This document shows positions 50,745-63,795 of a stretch of 64,000 bases of DNA, piece by piece (positions within the stretch are counted from its first letter, which is position 1; the number at the start of each line of letters is the position of its first letter). Below the pieces are notes generated by a model. It was not told the origin of the DNA. It ran no database searches and saw only the letters and a list, made by a program, of their open reading frames with translations. Source of the stretch: Protoeuglena noctilucae (lineage: Eukaryota); contig OY253669.1 in assembly GCA_958009085.1 (NCBI GenBank), positions 1,302,001-1,366,000 of the forward strand. Reading direction: 5' to 3'. The position numbers were made by a program, and so were the translations under genes.

Positions 50745-53392
50745 ATGCTGAGGCTGTTCTCGGGGTCTCGGGGGCCACTGGCGGATGACTCCCCAGACCC
50801 GGGGGAGGTCATCCACGTCGTGTCGGCGAGGCTGCAGGCCGTGTCGCTGGCCCGTGACCCGCTCCAGGTACGTGCGCACTATCTTTGTCTTGCAGTTGTG
50901 CTGCATGACTCCTGCACGGCCTCGGAAGGATCGCGCAGGGCCTCACGACAGCTGGCACTGCGCATTCGAGTGGCGCCCCGTTCATCCGCCCCAGGGGCGC
51001 GTCCGCCCGTCCACTTAGGACCGATGCCTGAAACTTGAGGGGTACCCGCTCTTCCTCGACGCTTTGGGTTGAGATATCCATGCATCGTTCTTCTCTCGCC
51101 CGTCCAGGTTGCGACCCTCTCCGGCCGGGGCCTGCAGCAGCGGCACGAGGCCAAGCTCCTGTCCGCCGACAGAGGCAGCCGAACCCAGACGCAGGGGGGG
51201 TCGCATCGAGAGGGCGTGACGGAGGTGGTGCCCGAGGCGCTCTTTGCAAGTGCGCCGCCCGGTTCACTCTCCCAGGACCCAGGGCGTGCCCTGCGTGCGG
51301 TCGCCACAGAGCGGGGCGCGAGGGCCCTTTTCGGCGGGAGCGTCGCCAGTCGCAACTCGTCTCAAGCAGGTGTGCGGATGTACCAGCCGGTGGAGCCCAG
51401 CAGCTTGGGTATTGGCCTGTGCAGTCAAGTCGACCTTGGTGCCTCACTGTCTTGCAGAGCGTGGCGTGCGTGGGGACGGCGCTTCCGATGACGCTCGCCC
51501 TCCGCTGGGCCCGAACGGGCTGCCTCCGACACGCCTGCGTGCCCCGACCGATGCGAGGGCCGATGCTCTGGCCAGCGTGGACGGCAGCATACTCAGCGAG
51601 GTCTCGTCCCTCGGTGCCAGCATGTTCAGAAGCAGCGCCTGCTGCTCAGGTGAGCGCGGGCGCACTGCGAGCTGCCCTGGGGTGTGTGTCCCTCACCCGC
51701 CATTTGGTGCCGCTACGTGTGTTAGTTGACCTGGAGGGAAGCCCTTAAGCCCCCCTTATGTGGTGTTCTCGAGCCGTCGCTTGTCGGCCTGCCCGCAGAC
51801 CACTCGCATTCCCAATCAGCGGCAGCGGAGGCCGGCCCGGCAGCAGTGGCCGCGTCTGTTCCGCCCTCGCCAGTGCGCGGGCAGGGCGATGCGGGGATCG
51901 TCCGACACAAGACTTTCCATTCCGGAGAGATAGCCATGCCGTGCAGCCACGAGGCCAGCCCCGTCGCTGAGGCAGCGAGCTTGGCCGGGCACGCGCGCTC
52001 GTCAGCACTGCCGGGAGACGAGGACATGGCTGCCGCGAGCTCACCCACGTACCAGTCCCCGCCGCGGCAGGCGGACGGCTCAGAGAGCGTGACGCAGCGC
52101 ACCGTGTGGCGATCCGCGCACAGCACGATGGGGCGCACGGAGGTGCTGGACAGGGCGGCTGCCTCTCCGCTCAGCCCTGAGCCAGCCGACTTTGGCCCGC
52201 CGCGATGGAGACGGTCGGTCCGGAGGTCTCTCGTCCCCGACTTTGACGCGTCGCAGCCGCTGGCGGCGGACGCGGCTTCCGGTCAGCGGAGCACACCCAA
52301 CCGCGGGGACGAGGCGCCCCATGCGGTTGCCGGGGATGCCGCACCAGCGGCAGCGGCAAAAGGGTCCGGGATTCGAGGAGGTGCGAAAACTGCGGGTGCG
52401 GCGCGGGATGGGCTACAGGGGGAGTCGCGTGGCGCACCTGGGCATGGGCACGGGGGCCAGCAGGCGGTCAGTCTGCGCGTGGGGGTGGCCCAGGGGCCAA
52501 GGGCAGGCTCGGACCCGGTCCTGTTGCCACCGACGGCTGCGGCGACTGCAGCGGTCGCCGGGCTGGGCGCCTCGGCCGGGGTGCTACCCCCCGTGGGGGC
52601 GGGTGTGCCGAGGCAGGAGGGAGTCTCACTGAGCGCCAGTGAGGCACGTGCTGAGCTCATGGTGAGGGGGCGAGCGAGGCAGCAACGGCGAGGCCGCGTG
52701 TTTCAGTCAGGACTGATTCATTGGCGACCGCGCTGCCGCAGTCGAAGAGTCGCATGGGGCCCGCCAGCAACCACGCTCGGCCCGCACCCCGGTCCCTGCG
52801 GTCGGGGCTCGTGGACGCGTCTCAGCCGAGGACGGGAGGCCTGCATGCGCGGTCGGACCGAAGGTCTGCCGTCAAAGGTGCGTCCTGATATGTCAGCCGT
52901 GTTCTGCCTCTGGCGTGGTAATGGCCTGACGATGTCACCCAGGCCAGACCCCAGACCCCTTACCGCAGGGAAAGCCAATTCCTCGGGGTCGCCAAAGCTG
53001 GAAAAAGCCGTCCGTACAAGCGCAGCGGATGCCAGGGTCGTGCTGGCTTCTGGCGAGAGTGCGGCTCTGTCCGAGCTGCGGCGTCGCTTGGCAGCGGTCG
53101 CCGAGGACAGGGGCCAGGCGTTTGGTCTCGCGAAGGAGGCGTTCGAGGCGGCCGGGAAGGCCGCGGAGGCTGGCCGATGGCCGTTCAGCAAAGCACTGCT
53201 GCAGCTGGCGCTGCAAGGGTGCCCGCCCTCAGGTGCGAACGTCGTGTCGTGCGGGAACCAGACAGGGTTGCCCTGGGAGCTTTCGAAAGCGACCAGAGAG
53301 AGACTCGGGGTTCGTGTCCCGCAGAGACCGCGGCGTTGGAGAAGATCAAGGGCAAGCTGTTGCTGGCAGAACGTGAGCTAGCTGGCGGCTGA
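50745..53392 (+). CDS. Hypothetical protein, largely low-complexity, with a C-terminal TPR-like helical hairpin
   Basis: A chain of in-frame GT-AG exons runs from MLRLFSGSRGPLADD to AKEAFEAAGKAAEAGRWPFSKALLQLALQGCPPS|ETAALEKIKGKLLLAERELAGG*. No family was recognised. Confidence 0.5.
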
Positions 53393-53562
53393 CCTACGGT
53401 TGGTGCAACCGCCGTTTCGCGGGCTTGATGGGACCGTGCTGCGCATAAGTGGGTTCCTACGTTCTATTGGGTCACTTTTCACATTGATAGCTGTGCAAGC
53501 GACCACCTGCGCCCTCGCAAAGTTGTTCGCGCACTCTCTCCCTGCGGTCGTTGACAAACAGC

Positions 53563-55551
53563 ATGTCCACTTGCCTGCGGGCAGATATCGTGTTGACGGC
53601 TCCGCGCGCACCTTTCGCGGCTCGTCCGTTCCGCGTGCGCCCTTTCCTGGCCGGGCCCTACGCCCGGCCCTATGTTGCACCGCGCGCCACGCCCCGGGGG
53701 GACGTCCCCGACCCTGCCTCATTAAGCCGTAACAAGTATGGCGAGAAGCGCCGTTTGACACAGCCAGAGCGCGTGAAGCTGCTCCGAGAGTTGCTGCGCT
53801 CGGGATCGATCCTCGCTGGCCCCTGCTGCCACGATGCCATCTCCGCTCGGCTCATCGAGCGCGCGGGCTTCGACTTCGCGTTCATGTCGGGCTTTTGCAC
53901 CGCCGGGGCCAAGCTAGGAGCGCCAGACACGGGCCTGATTTCGTGAGGGCCTCGCGCTGCCTCTTGCGTGCTGCCTTTCGCGCTGCTCCGGGTCTGATCG
54001 TGCTCCTCTCCACGTGGCCTTGCTCAGGTATGGGGAGATGGTTGACACGGGTCGATACATCCACGAGGCGACGGCCTGGCTCCCCGTGATTGGGGACGGG
54101 GACACGGGCTACGGCAACGCGATGAACGTGAAGCGGACGGTCCGGGGCTACGCACAGGCGGGCTTCGCGGGCGTGCTTATCGAGGACCAGGTGGCGCCCA
54201 AGTCTTGCGGGCACGTGCGGGGCAAGCGCGTGTGCAGCCGCGAGGAGGCCGTCTCTCGGGTGAGCGAAGGGCCCTGGTCCAGGCATGGGGGGGAGCTGGG
54301 GCGTGGCATCTCTCTGCGACCGGGCGACTTTACTGGTTTGCCCGAAGGTCCGCGCCGCGTGCGACGCGAGGGATGAGGGCGCCAACATTGTCGTGGTGGC
54401 CCGGTCAGACGCCCGGCAGGCGGTCTCGTTGGACGAGGCGCTGTGGCGTGCACAGGCCTTCGCGGAGGCTGGCGCAGACGTCCTCTTCATCGATGCGCTC
54501 GAGTCAGGCAAGGACGTGCTCTCGCACGTTTACAGGGGGGATCGACCTTGTCGGATGACCATGTTCAACCTGGAGCCCCTCGCTGGCTGTGGTGCAGACG
54601 AGGAGATGCGGGCGCTGTGCGCGCTCGGGGGCAGCGCGGCAGGGGTGCCCAAGATGGCCAACATGCTGGAGGGCGGCGGCAAGACGCCTCTTCGGTCCCG
54701 TGAGGCTCTCCAGGAGATGGGCTTCTCCCTCGTCGCCTACCCTCTCTCCGTCTTCGGCAGCGCCGTCGCCGCCATGGAGCGGGCCCTGGCTTCCCTCAAG
54801 TGCGCTGGCAGCCCACGCTCGCGGGCGCGGCCACCGGTACACGTGCGCCACGTGTTGCCACGTGACGCGCCCGTTTGCCCTTTCGTCGCAGGGAAGGCGT
54901 GGTCCCCGGGGAAGAGCAGATTCCCAGCTTCGCCGACCTCCAGAGCACCGTGGGCTTCCCAGAGTACTTCACGGAGAGCGACCACTACAGCGTGCCCGCT
55001 CCCGAGGCCGTCGCGGGGGCAGCCACGGCAGCAGCGACTGCGACAGCCGCAGCGACGGCGGCGGCCTCTGAGAGTATGGGAAGCGCTGCGAACGGCGACC
55101 CCTTCTCGAGTTCGGAGATGGAGGTGTGGGAGACGGAGGAGCGGACGTATGTGGAGGCAGACGAGGTGCTGGTGGAGGAGGAGGAAGCGGGCAGGTCACG
55201 CAAGGGTGCGAGCGAGGAGCTGGCGAGGTTGCGTGCGGAGAAGGCCCGCTCCACCCTGCGCGTCAGCCTGGTCGACAAGGACGGGGCGGAGAAGCTCGCG
55301 ACCAGGATCCCCGCCACCTTCCTCGACGGGATTTCCGGTGAGGGCGATGGCGTGCGGGAGCTTGCTCTGGGGCATGCCGGCCGGTCGGCGAGTGTGCCAA
55401 CACTCCGCTGCCTGCAGCGCTCGTCCCCGTGTCGGGCAACGAGCTCGAGCAGCTGCTGGACGAGGCGCTGGGGAAGAAGAACCGCGTCAAAGGAGAGCCG
55501 TTGATAGTTATACCCCTCAACGGCGATCGCCTGCGCATCTGGCTCGAATGA
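53563..55551 (+). CDS. Isocitrate lyase/PEP-mutase superfamily enzyme (plant carboxyvinyl-carboxyphosphonate phosphorylmutase-like), organelle-targeted
   Basis: GPCCHDAISARLIERAGF; FMSGF; PDTGLIS|YGEM; PVIGDGDTGYGNAMNV; IEDQVAPKSCGH; ARSDAR; GADVLFID; ANMLEGGGKTP. An acidic linker leads to a C-terminal domain ending DRLRIWLE*. Confidence 0.9.
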
Positions 55552-55763
55552 GGAAAGCACGAAGCTGGCATCAGAATGCGTCAGAATGCCGCGACTCTGC
55601 TATCCGTGACGCGATCCGCCACCGCGCTATGATTCACGCGGTGCGGTGCGCGGTTGGATCGCAACGCGCGCCGTGTGTGGCAGCCACACAGGCGGGGAGC
55701 ACAGCGCCGCGTGGCAGGCCGTAGAGACGCATCTGCCGGTGGCCGTCGATTCGCGGGGTGATC

Positions 55764-57989
55764 ATGTTCGATGTGAACTTGAGTCCCGAGACGATTGGGC
55801 CCGAAGTTTCGGGATCCACGATGGACGGGCTCCAGGTGCGTGCCCACCAACGCCGCTTGCCCTCTCGGGTGTGGCCGACGCGTTCCAGCAGGAAGCAACC
55901 TTTGCTACATCTCGCTGGCGATCCGAGCGACGCCTGCTCACGGCCCGCTCTGCGCCGTCCAGACCTCAGCATGCCATGCGTTGCGGGGGCGATGGCCGCG
56001 CGGCGCTCTCGGACGTTCCCTCGGCGCGTTCTCCGTCCCCGCTTATGTAGACTTCAAACACGTTCTCCGTGAAGACCCCGTCCGCGCCGGGAGCGGGGCT
56101 ATAGTCGCGCGCGCGGCGGCTGGCCCACCAATGCAGCGTTCCCGGCGTTCCGCGCGCAGTCCTTCGCGCGGGCGGCCATATCCGAGTGCCGCGACAACTT
56201 CGACGCCAGCATAGCCGAGTTCGCGTCCGCGTCGAGCGCCGGGGAGCAGGTCCAGGCCGAGCTTGCCGCCCTGGAGGAGAGCATGAGGTGACTTGGGCCA
56301 CCAACGTCCCCGCGGAGCTCGGCCGGCCGCTGGGGCGCGACTGATTTATCGGGAGATACTGCTTCTTGCTTTCGGAAGGGTCCCGCGTCCCGAGCGGGCC
56401 CGGGCCGCGCCGTGCTTCTCTTGTAATTGTGCTTCACGACCAGCGAGCCGCTGCGCCTCAGCGCCCGCGCCGGCCGGGTCGCCGCAGGGCCGAGACGCTC
56501 GGGGGCCTGGGATTATTGTATTATGCGGAGAAGGACAGTTCATCGCGGCTCTTCGACATCGTGCGGTGCAAGGCGTGTGACCTCACCATGCACAGTTGGC
56601 GCTTCATGGAGCATCTCGGGGATTGTAGCGGCGCTGCAAAGGCGAGGGCCGCTCGTGCGCGCAATTGCAAGAAGAATGTTCCATGCCGCGCGCGCCGATG
56701 CCGTGCAGCCGCGCGGCGGGCCACGGCTGGGTGTGGATGGCCGTTGGGCGCCGTGCGCAGCTGCCGGAGATCCCCGATACGCATCGTCTCGAGGCCGTCA
56801 AACACCGCGCGTGTTTCATCGTGTCGTTTCCGCTGTCTCGCGCGTCCGTCCGCGCCCCCTCGGCGCGGAGCTTGCCCACGCACCTGCCCTCGCAGGTTTC
56901 CCCTCCCCTCCGCGCCAGGACAGCGTCCGCGAGGGCCGCCAGCGCCGGGGATGTCGAGGTCTTCTCGCCTGCTGAGCCGCGCGAGGCCAAACCGGCGGCC
57001 GGCCGGGGCTCCGCGGGGGTGGCCAAGCCCGCGAGGGGGAAGGGCCGGCTGGCAGCTCCGGCCCGCGCGCGACTGGGCGTCGTCCCGGCCGCCGCGGCGC
57101 AGCCCAAGCCCGACCGTTCGCCGCGCGCACCTCCGGTCTGGACCGTGCCAGTCCCGCGCCGGCCGCGCTCGCGCCTCCTGCGCGTGCCCCGCACGTCCGC
57201 CCCGCGCTTCCTCGCCGACCTGGAGGGCCGTGCGGACCCCGCGCCGGCGGACTACGCGCCGCCCGCACCCGCAGCGCGCTCCCGCGCCCAGGCGGGCCCG
57301 CCCTCCGCGCAGGCGCGCCCCGTCGCCTCCAAGGGCAAGCGCGGGCGGCTCCCGGGTCAGCGCCAGGCGACCTCCCCCGCTGCGCCGCCCGCCTCGCGCC
57401 CCCGAGGCCCCGCGCCGCTCCCGGCGGGCCCCGTCGCCTCCCTCCCCGACGTGGCGTCCCTTCCCGGCACCCTCTCGGTTCCCGCGGCGCACGCCCCGCG
57501 CCCAACGGCCTTCCCCGCCGTAGACCTCCCCGCCCCCGGCCCCTCAGACCCCGCCGCCTGGGCGCCCTTCGCGCCGTTCCCCCAGGGGGCCTTCCCCGCC
57601 CCCGGCGCGCACCCCATGTTTGGGGACGTGGGCGACCACCTCGAAACGGACTCTGGCGCGCTTCTGGCGGCGCCCGTGGACGTCATGGACGACTTAGGTG
57701 AGGGATTTTGCGGGTCGGAGGCCGCGCCATTGCGGGTTGGTTGAGGATGGCGACTTGGGTGGTTGGAGGGCCGGGTGACGGCCAGCGTCGCCGTGCCATG
57801 CTTGAGGGACCTGATATGAAATGATGTCGATCTCGCGTACACCTTCGGCGAATGCCTGCAGGCCCGCCTCCGCTGGGCAACATGGGTCGTGACGATGACA
57901 CGCTCCTGCCCATGTGGGAGCCGCTGGGGGCGCCGGGCACGCTGGATGAGTTCATGCCCCGGACGGAGCTCAAGGGTTGGGTCCACTGA
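55764..57989 (+). CDS. Sgf11/ATXN7L3-type C2HC zinc-finger protein (possible SAGA deubiquitination module subunit) with Pro/Ala-rich tail
   Basis: Exon about 56487-56641 encodes VRCKACDLTMHSWRFMEHLGDC (C-x2-C-x11-H-x3-C with RFxxHL, as in Sgf11). Flanking exons (..MDGLQ|SFARAAISEC..; VSPPLRART..; ..ELKGWVH*) splice in frame. The start is uncertain (55764 or 55821). Confidence 0.55.
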
Positions 57990-58402
57990 TGCACTTGCCG
58001 GGGATGTATGTGGGGGGTTGGGGAGGGTCTGGGGTGCCTGGCTGGCTGGGGCGACGGGAGTCGATGAGAGGGGCTCGGGCATGAGCCGATGCGATGCCGT
58101 TCGAGTTATTGTGGGGATTTGAGGGGTGTGGAGGACCTGGTGCATAACAGTCGGGGAATGCACGTGGCTCTGTGAGCTGCTGCTGCATTTGCGGCTCTGC
58201 GAGATGTCTACGGGCCGGGAAGATGCCGCTCTGCTCATTGCTGGGCGAGGGAATCTCCCAATCATGTCATTATGCCTGCCATCGAAGCACGCTTGCAACA
58301 GCTCCCCTAGTGTCCTTCAGCAACCATCAGGACTGGCGCTCTGTGCCGCAGCAGATGGCAAAGCAACTCCTCACTGAGCAACGATTCGTCTGCTGTCCGC
58401 CC

Positions 58403-60647
58403 CTAGCTTGCCCCGCCTTCCTCCCCGCCCTCCTCTGCCCGCCGCTTCCGGCCTCTCGCCCCCACGCCCGCCCCCACCTCGGCCCCCGCATTGCCGCCAA
58501 ATGCCGCCCTGGCCGGCAGACGGAAGCTGACACACAGCATCAGCTTGTTGGGAGCCACGTCCCTGACCACGTGCACCTCGTACTCGGACTCTCGGCCTTC
58601 GTCCAGCGCACACCCCAAATGCTGCTCCAGCACCGCCCGCACCCCCGCCACCGCCTCCGCCTCTGCCCCACGCATGAACGTGTAGCAGTGCACCATGGGC
58701 AGGGGCCTGCCCTCCCACGCCGCCCGGTCGAACGTGCCGTGGAACGCGTCCAGGAACTCCACCGCGCTCGCCGGGAGGTTCATGGTTAGGTGGTCGTAAC
58801 GCACACCACCCGGGGGCACGTCACCCGGCCCACACAGGCGCGGGATCTTAGATCCGCCCTCCGCCCAATTGGGCCCGAGCTTCTGGCTTCCCAATGCAGT
58901 GCCCGGAGCGGTGGTCTCCGCTGCAGCCCCTGCGCCCTCGGTGCCACCGTCAGCCTCGGGGCCTGCATCGCCACCGCTCTGCGGCTCCCCAGCCGCACCG
59001 TTCAAGAGCTTGACGAACTCCCGTCCGCACATGTTGAAAGCCCGGATGCTGTCCGACGTCTTGTTCTGCGGGCGTGGGTGGGCGATGGGGCATGTGCGAC
59101 GGTGCAGAGGGGCCAAAGCGCCACAGCGGGACGCGGCTGTGCCCTTCGCCGGCGCACCTTGACGGCATTCACGCGCAGCCAGTAGACGCTGTGAGGGTTG
59201 AGGTCGTTGGCCCACACCGTGAGACCCCGCCGTGCCGCACGCACGGCGAAGGGGCCCACGCCACACATCATGTCGCACAGGACCTGGCCGGGCTGCACAG
59301 GCGCAGGAACGGGATGCCGTCAGCGCTGCTCAGCGCTGCTATGGGTTAAAGGAGGCCCCGGGGTGCCCCTTCGCAACAAGCGAGGGCAACGTGGTGGGCA
59401 TCGCGGGTCTCACCTTGAACCACCGCTCGACGAGCCGGGAGTGCTCGGCCTCCAGCCTCGAGTTCCAATACACTTGCGCAAAGTTCAAGTGAAACCGGCA
59501 CCCCTGCTGCACCACCACTGCCTCAAAGTCCTCGTCGCCGGCGATGACCTCCATCGGGAAGGTGCGGAACTGCGAACACAAGATGCATGGCTCGACTGGC
59601 CGGGGCCAGGGCGCCGCCAATCCGGCGAGCACGGCGCGCGCGCGCCCGGACCTCCGTCTCGATCGTGCCCATCTTGGTCACCACCGTCCGAATGCCGGCG
59701 TTCTTGTCCAGGATGACCTGGCCAATGAGCCGGCGCCAGGGGAGCAGGTCGTCGCGGATGTTCAGGTGCGCGATATGGCCGACCGTCTCAAACGAACCAG
59801 GCACCTCCACTCCATGCGGCAGGAGCTGCGCGGTAGAGACGCGGTGTGCAGCGGTGAGCTCTGCCATCGCATGGCAGGGACAATCGCAGGAGCTCGACGT
59901 GGCGAACCTCGCGTCGTCACCTTGCGGAGCACCTGGTCCGCAGAGAGGGACTCGTACCCGATTTGAACCTCGACCTGCACCGGAGACATGGGGTGGGTCA
60001 TCCATCGCGCCCGTCGCACCCCATGTGCGCGTCGCCTGCCAACGACAGCGCGTCTCACGTCGGGAATCACTTTGAAATCCCCTATACTCGCGAGGGACTC
60101 GCGAACTGGGGCGGGGAGGTTGCTGAGGTCGCTGCTCTGGACGCCCTCCGCCAGGCACACGAGTCGATGGTCCGGGTCGTCCGCCGGGAGCACGTTCCTG
60201 GAACGCAGGCACAGCGCAGGCATGTATAGCTGCCGCTGAGAGCAGCGAACGCGAGGCAAGGCCCGCAGGGCTGCGAGCAGAGCAGGCTCACCTGGTGCGT
60301 GGCCGGTTCAGGGTGTGGCCTCTGAGGATCGCCATGACCCGGTTGCATATCTGCTTGGGGACCTGAAGCGCTCTGAGAACCAGGACCTCGCGAAAGTCCT
60401 CGTGGCGCAGCACGTAAGTCTGCGGGTCCACGCCCGCGGCCGCCCCGATGCCGTGCGCCGGCGCGCCCATGGCGCCCGCAGGACGCGAGAGCGATGAGAT
60501 GCTTCGCAGGAACGAGTCCGTTTGAACGCGCCAGGGAGGCGTCACGCGCGCGCTCGAGGTCGCTGCGGGGGGCTGGCACGCAAAGACGCGGGCCCTGGCC
60601 AGCGGACGAAAGCACAGCGCTCGTGGAGCGGCACACTTCAGTGCCAT
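58403..60647 (-). CDS. TRM5: tRNA (guanine37-N1) methyltransferase
   Basis: [124 protein letters not shown]. Confidence 0.95.
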
Positions 60648-61035
60648 GCCGGGAGGCACCTCAGGCCGCTAGCATCGCGACGAAACAACTGCCCTCTAGA
60701 GATCAATGAGAGTCCGCCGCCGCCACGCAGTCCAAGGGCAAGACAATGGCTGCCAGGCCATGTTCACCGCCAGCGCTTTCACGAATGAGTCAAACAGAGG
60801 CAGCCCAGGGGCGCGTTCTTGCCATCTTCGGCCGCCGGCCAGGGCATGCCCCGGGTCAGATGTCTGACATGCGGGCCAGGACACAGGCCGAGCAACAGCC
60901 CCTGCGGAGGCAGAGAGTGTGACGACGCAACGTTCAGGCCAAACCGTTTTCTCTGGAGGCGAACGCTTTCGAGTGGTGCTGTTAAGGTTCGCGCAGTGAC
61001 AGCTGGCCACAGGGCCCAACGAAAAGCAGCACAAG

Positions 61036-63791
61036 ATGGCCAGTCTACCGCGCAGCTCGCGCTTGTGCGAGGTAAGCGTCTTGCTGCACGGAGGCCCCTA
61101 CGGTGTTCTTGTCCCAGCTCCGAGGCCGCGGGATCTGACGTGGCAAGTCAGACACTTCGGGCTTTCGACATCACATACGGAACTTTCGATAACGTGTTTG
61201 CTAGGAAACCAGTTGGCGGTGGCCGATTTCGAGGCCCCGCGAGGGGCAGACGGACCGCCACTTTCCCTCACTTTCGCCACGCGGGGGACGTTGTGCGCCC
61301 GGCAACATGAGCAAGCGACGAGTGCTTTTTGACGCTGTGTTGCAGGGGAGAGTACGGCGATGGTGGGTGGACGGCAGGCCAGCGGCCTCTTTCCCCGCCC
61401 CAGGCCGATGGACCACCCACGCAACACCGGCGCGTTCCGAGGGAACGGTGACTCTCTAGCAGCTCCTGGTGTCAGCTGCGTCGCCCGCGCTGTGTCGACT
61501 GTGAACAGGGCTTCCCACGCCCACGCAGCCTGCTTCGCTCGATAAGGATGCAACTGCGGTGCTGTCCCGCCGGCTCACCATGTCCGCCATGGCGTCAACC
61601 TCGTCTGCTGTCGCCGCGGCTCGAGAGCCCCCAAGGTGAGCGGGCATCTCTGCCGACTCACCCTCCGTGCATCCCCCTCACCCCGCACCCTCGGTGCATC
61701 CCCCTTACCCCGCACCCTCTGCCCCACCCTCAGCTCGGCGGAACCCACGCATGCCCCGGTCTCGACGGGCCTGGCGGCGCTGCGCCAGCCCGAGAGCAAT
61801 CGAGGGCTGGCCACGGACGTGCCGACGCGGCGGCGTCGCCGGCTGGAAGGCCTCCTGCCCGCGGCGGTCACCACGCCTGCGGTTGAGGTGCGCCGGGCCC
61901 TGGAATCCGTCCGCCGTGCTTTGGGGCCCCTCGACAAGTACAGGGCGGCCATGGCAATCTACTCCGCCGACCAAGATGCCTTCGTGTCGCTGCTGCAAAA
62001 CCACGCCACCGAGATCCTTCCATACGTCTACACTCCCACGGTGGGCGACGCTTGCCTCAACTGGGGCGCCCTCGTCCCCACGCCCCCCGGGCTGTATCTG
62101 GCGCCTCCCGCGCGGTGCCGTGACTTGGTGGCCAACTGGCCCCACGAGGACATCCGCGTGGCCGTCGTGACCAACGGCGAGCGTGTGTTGGGTCTGGGGG
62201 ACCTGGGGGCGCACGGCATGCCCATCTCCATCGGCAAAGGTCTCCTCTACACTGCTTGCGGGATCCACCCATCGCACATCCTGCCCGTCGTCGTGGACGT
62301 GGGGACGGACAACGAGGCACTGATGCGAGACCCGCTGTACATCGGCCTGCGCCAGCCGCGCCTGCGAGGGGCGCCCTTCACGGCCTTCATGGACGAGGTC
62401 GTCGATGCCCTGAGGGAGCGCTACGGCGCCTCTCTGATTGTGCACTTCGAGGACTTTGGGGCCTCCACCGCTTGGGTGACGGCCGACACGCGTAGCTTGC
62501 GCCAGAGCCGCGCAGCTGTGCCATGCAATGCAACGTGCTGCGACGTGATCCGTGATGTGCTCTGACGTGCCAGCTGCGCCCGCTCCGTCTCCCGCAGGAC
62601 GTCTTGCATCGCTACCGCCAGCGCGACGTGTGCGTCTTCAACGACGACATTGAGGGCACGGCGGCGGCCGTGGTTGCCGCCGTGCTGGGCAGCCTGCGCG
62701 TGGACGGCGTCGCGCCGCTCCATCGTACGCGGCTCCTGTTCTACGGGGCCGGGCAGGCCAACCTGGGCGCCGCACGGCTCGTGGTGAAGGCCATGACGGA
62801 GGCGGGGATGGATCGCGATGAGGCGGCCAGCCGCGTCTGGCTCATGGACTCCCGGGGGCTCATCTACAAGGGCCGTGGCCACCTCAGCGATCAGAAGGTC
62901 GAGTTTGCGCATCCGCTGTCGAGCCTCGGCTCGCGAGCCAACGGGCTGGACACGCAGGTGACAGCGAATGCCAGTGTGTCTGGCAGCCCGTTCGTGCTCC
63001 CACCACGCACCCTGCGTCCGGAGAGCCGCCCGCTGCCTGGGCTGAGACCTGGCCTCGTCCGCCTCGCAGGACCTGGTGGCCTGCATCCGGGCCACCACCC
63101 CGTCCGTACTGCTGGGCGCCGCGGCGCAGAGGGGCGCCTTCACGAGGGAGGTGGTGGAGGCCCACACCGCGGGCGTGGCCGAGGTGTACGGCCCCGGCGC
63201 CAGGCCCGTCATCCTCGCGCTGTCGAACCCCACCAGCAAGGCCGAGTGCACGGCCGAGGAGGCGCTGACGTGGTCCGGCGGCCACGCCGTCTTCGCGTCA
63301 GGCACGGCGTTCCCGCCCGTGGCGCTCCCCGGCGGCTGCACGTACGTGCCCGCGCAGAGCAACAATGCCCTGGTCTTCCCGGGGGTCGTGCTCGGGGCCT
63401 TCGCGTGCGGCGCGTCCCAAATCACCGAGTCGATGTTTCTGGCCGCGGCGAGGACCCTGGCGCAGCAGCTGACGCCCGAGGAGCTCGAGCGCGGCATGAT
63501 ACTGCCGTCCATTCAACGGCTCATGGGTGAGGGGCTGGCCTCTGCAGCCGAGCCGAGCGCTGAGGGAGCAGCCGGGGACCGGCGCGCTGCGTGGCGCACG
63601 CAGGGCTGGCGCAGCACGTCGCGGCCTCCGTGGCGCTGACGGGGCGGATGGAGATGGTCGCCTCCAACCGGCAACATCGTGGGAGCGCGCTAGAGTGCTT
63701 AGAAAAGAGCGGCGGCGGTGAGCTGGCGCAAGCGTGCATCGCGCCCCTCATCTACACGCCCTACGCGATGGCGCGCGGCATCCCTGAGTGA
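61036..63791 (+). CDS. Malic enzyme (probably NADP-dependent), organelle-targeted
   Basis: LEGLLP; ILPYVYTPTVGDAC; VVTNGERVLGLGDLG; VDVGTDN; DPLYIGLRQPR; VHFEDF; FNDDIEGTA; GAGQA; DSRGLI; LSNPTSKAECTAEEA; NNALVFPG. The start is uncertain (61036 via two small exons, or 61580). Confidence 0.92.
61660..61719. repeat. Intronic 27-bp tandem repeat (about 2.2 copies)
   Basis: accctccgtgcatccccctcaccccgc, accctcggtgcatcccccttaccccgc, accctc, in a malic enzyme intron. Confidence 0.85.
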
Positions 63792-63795
63792 CAGG

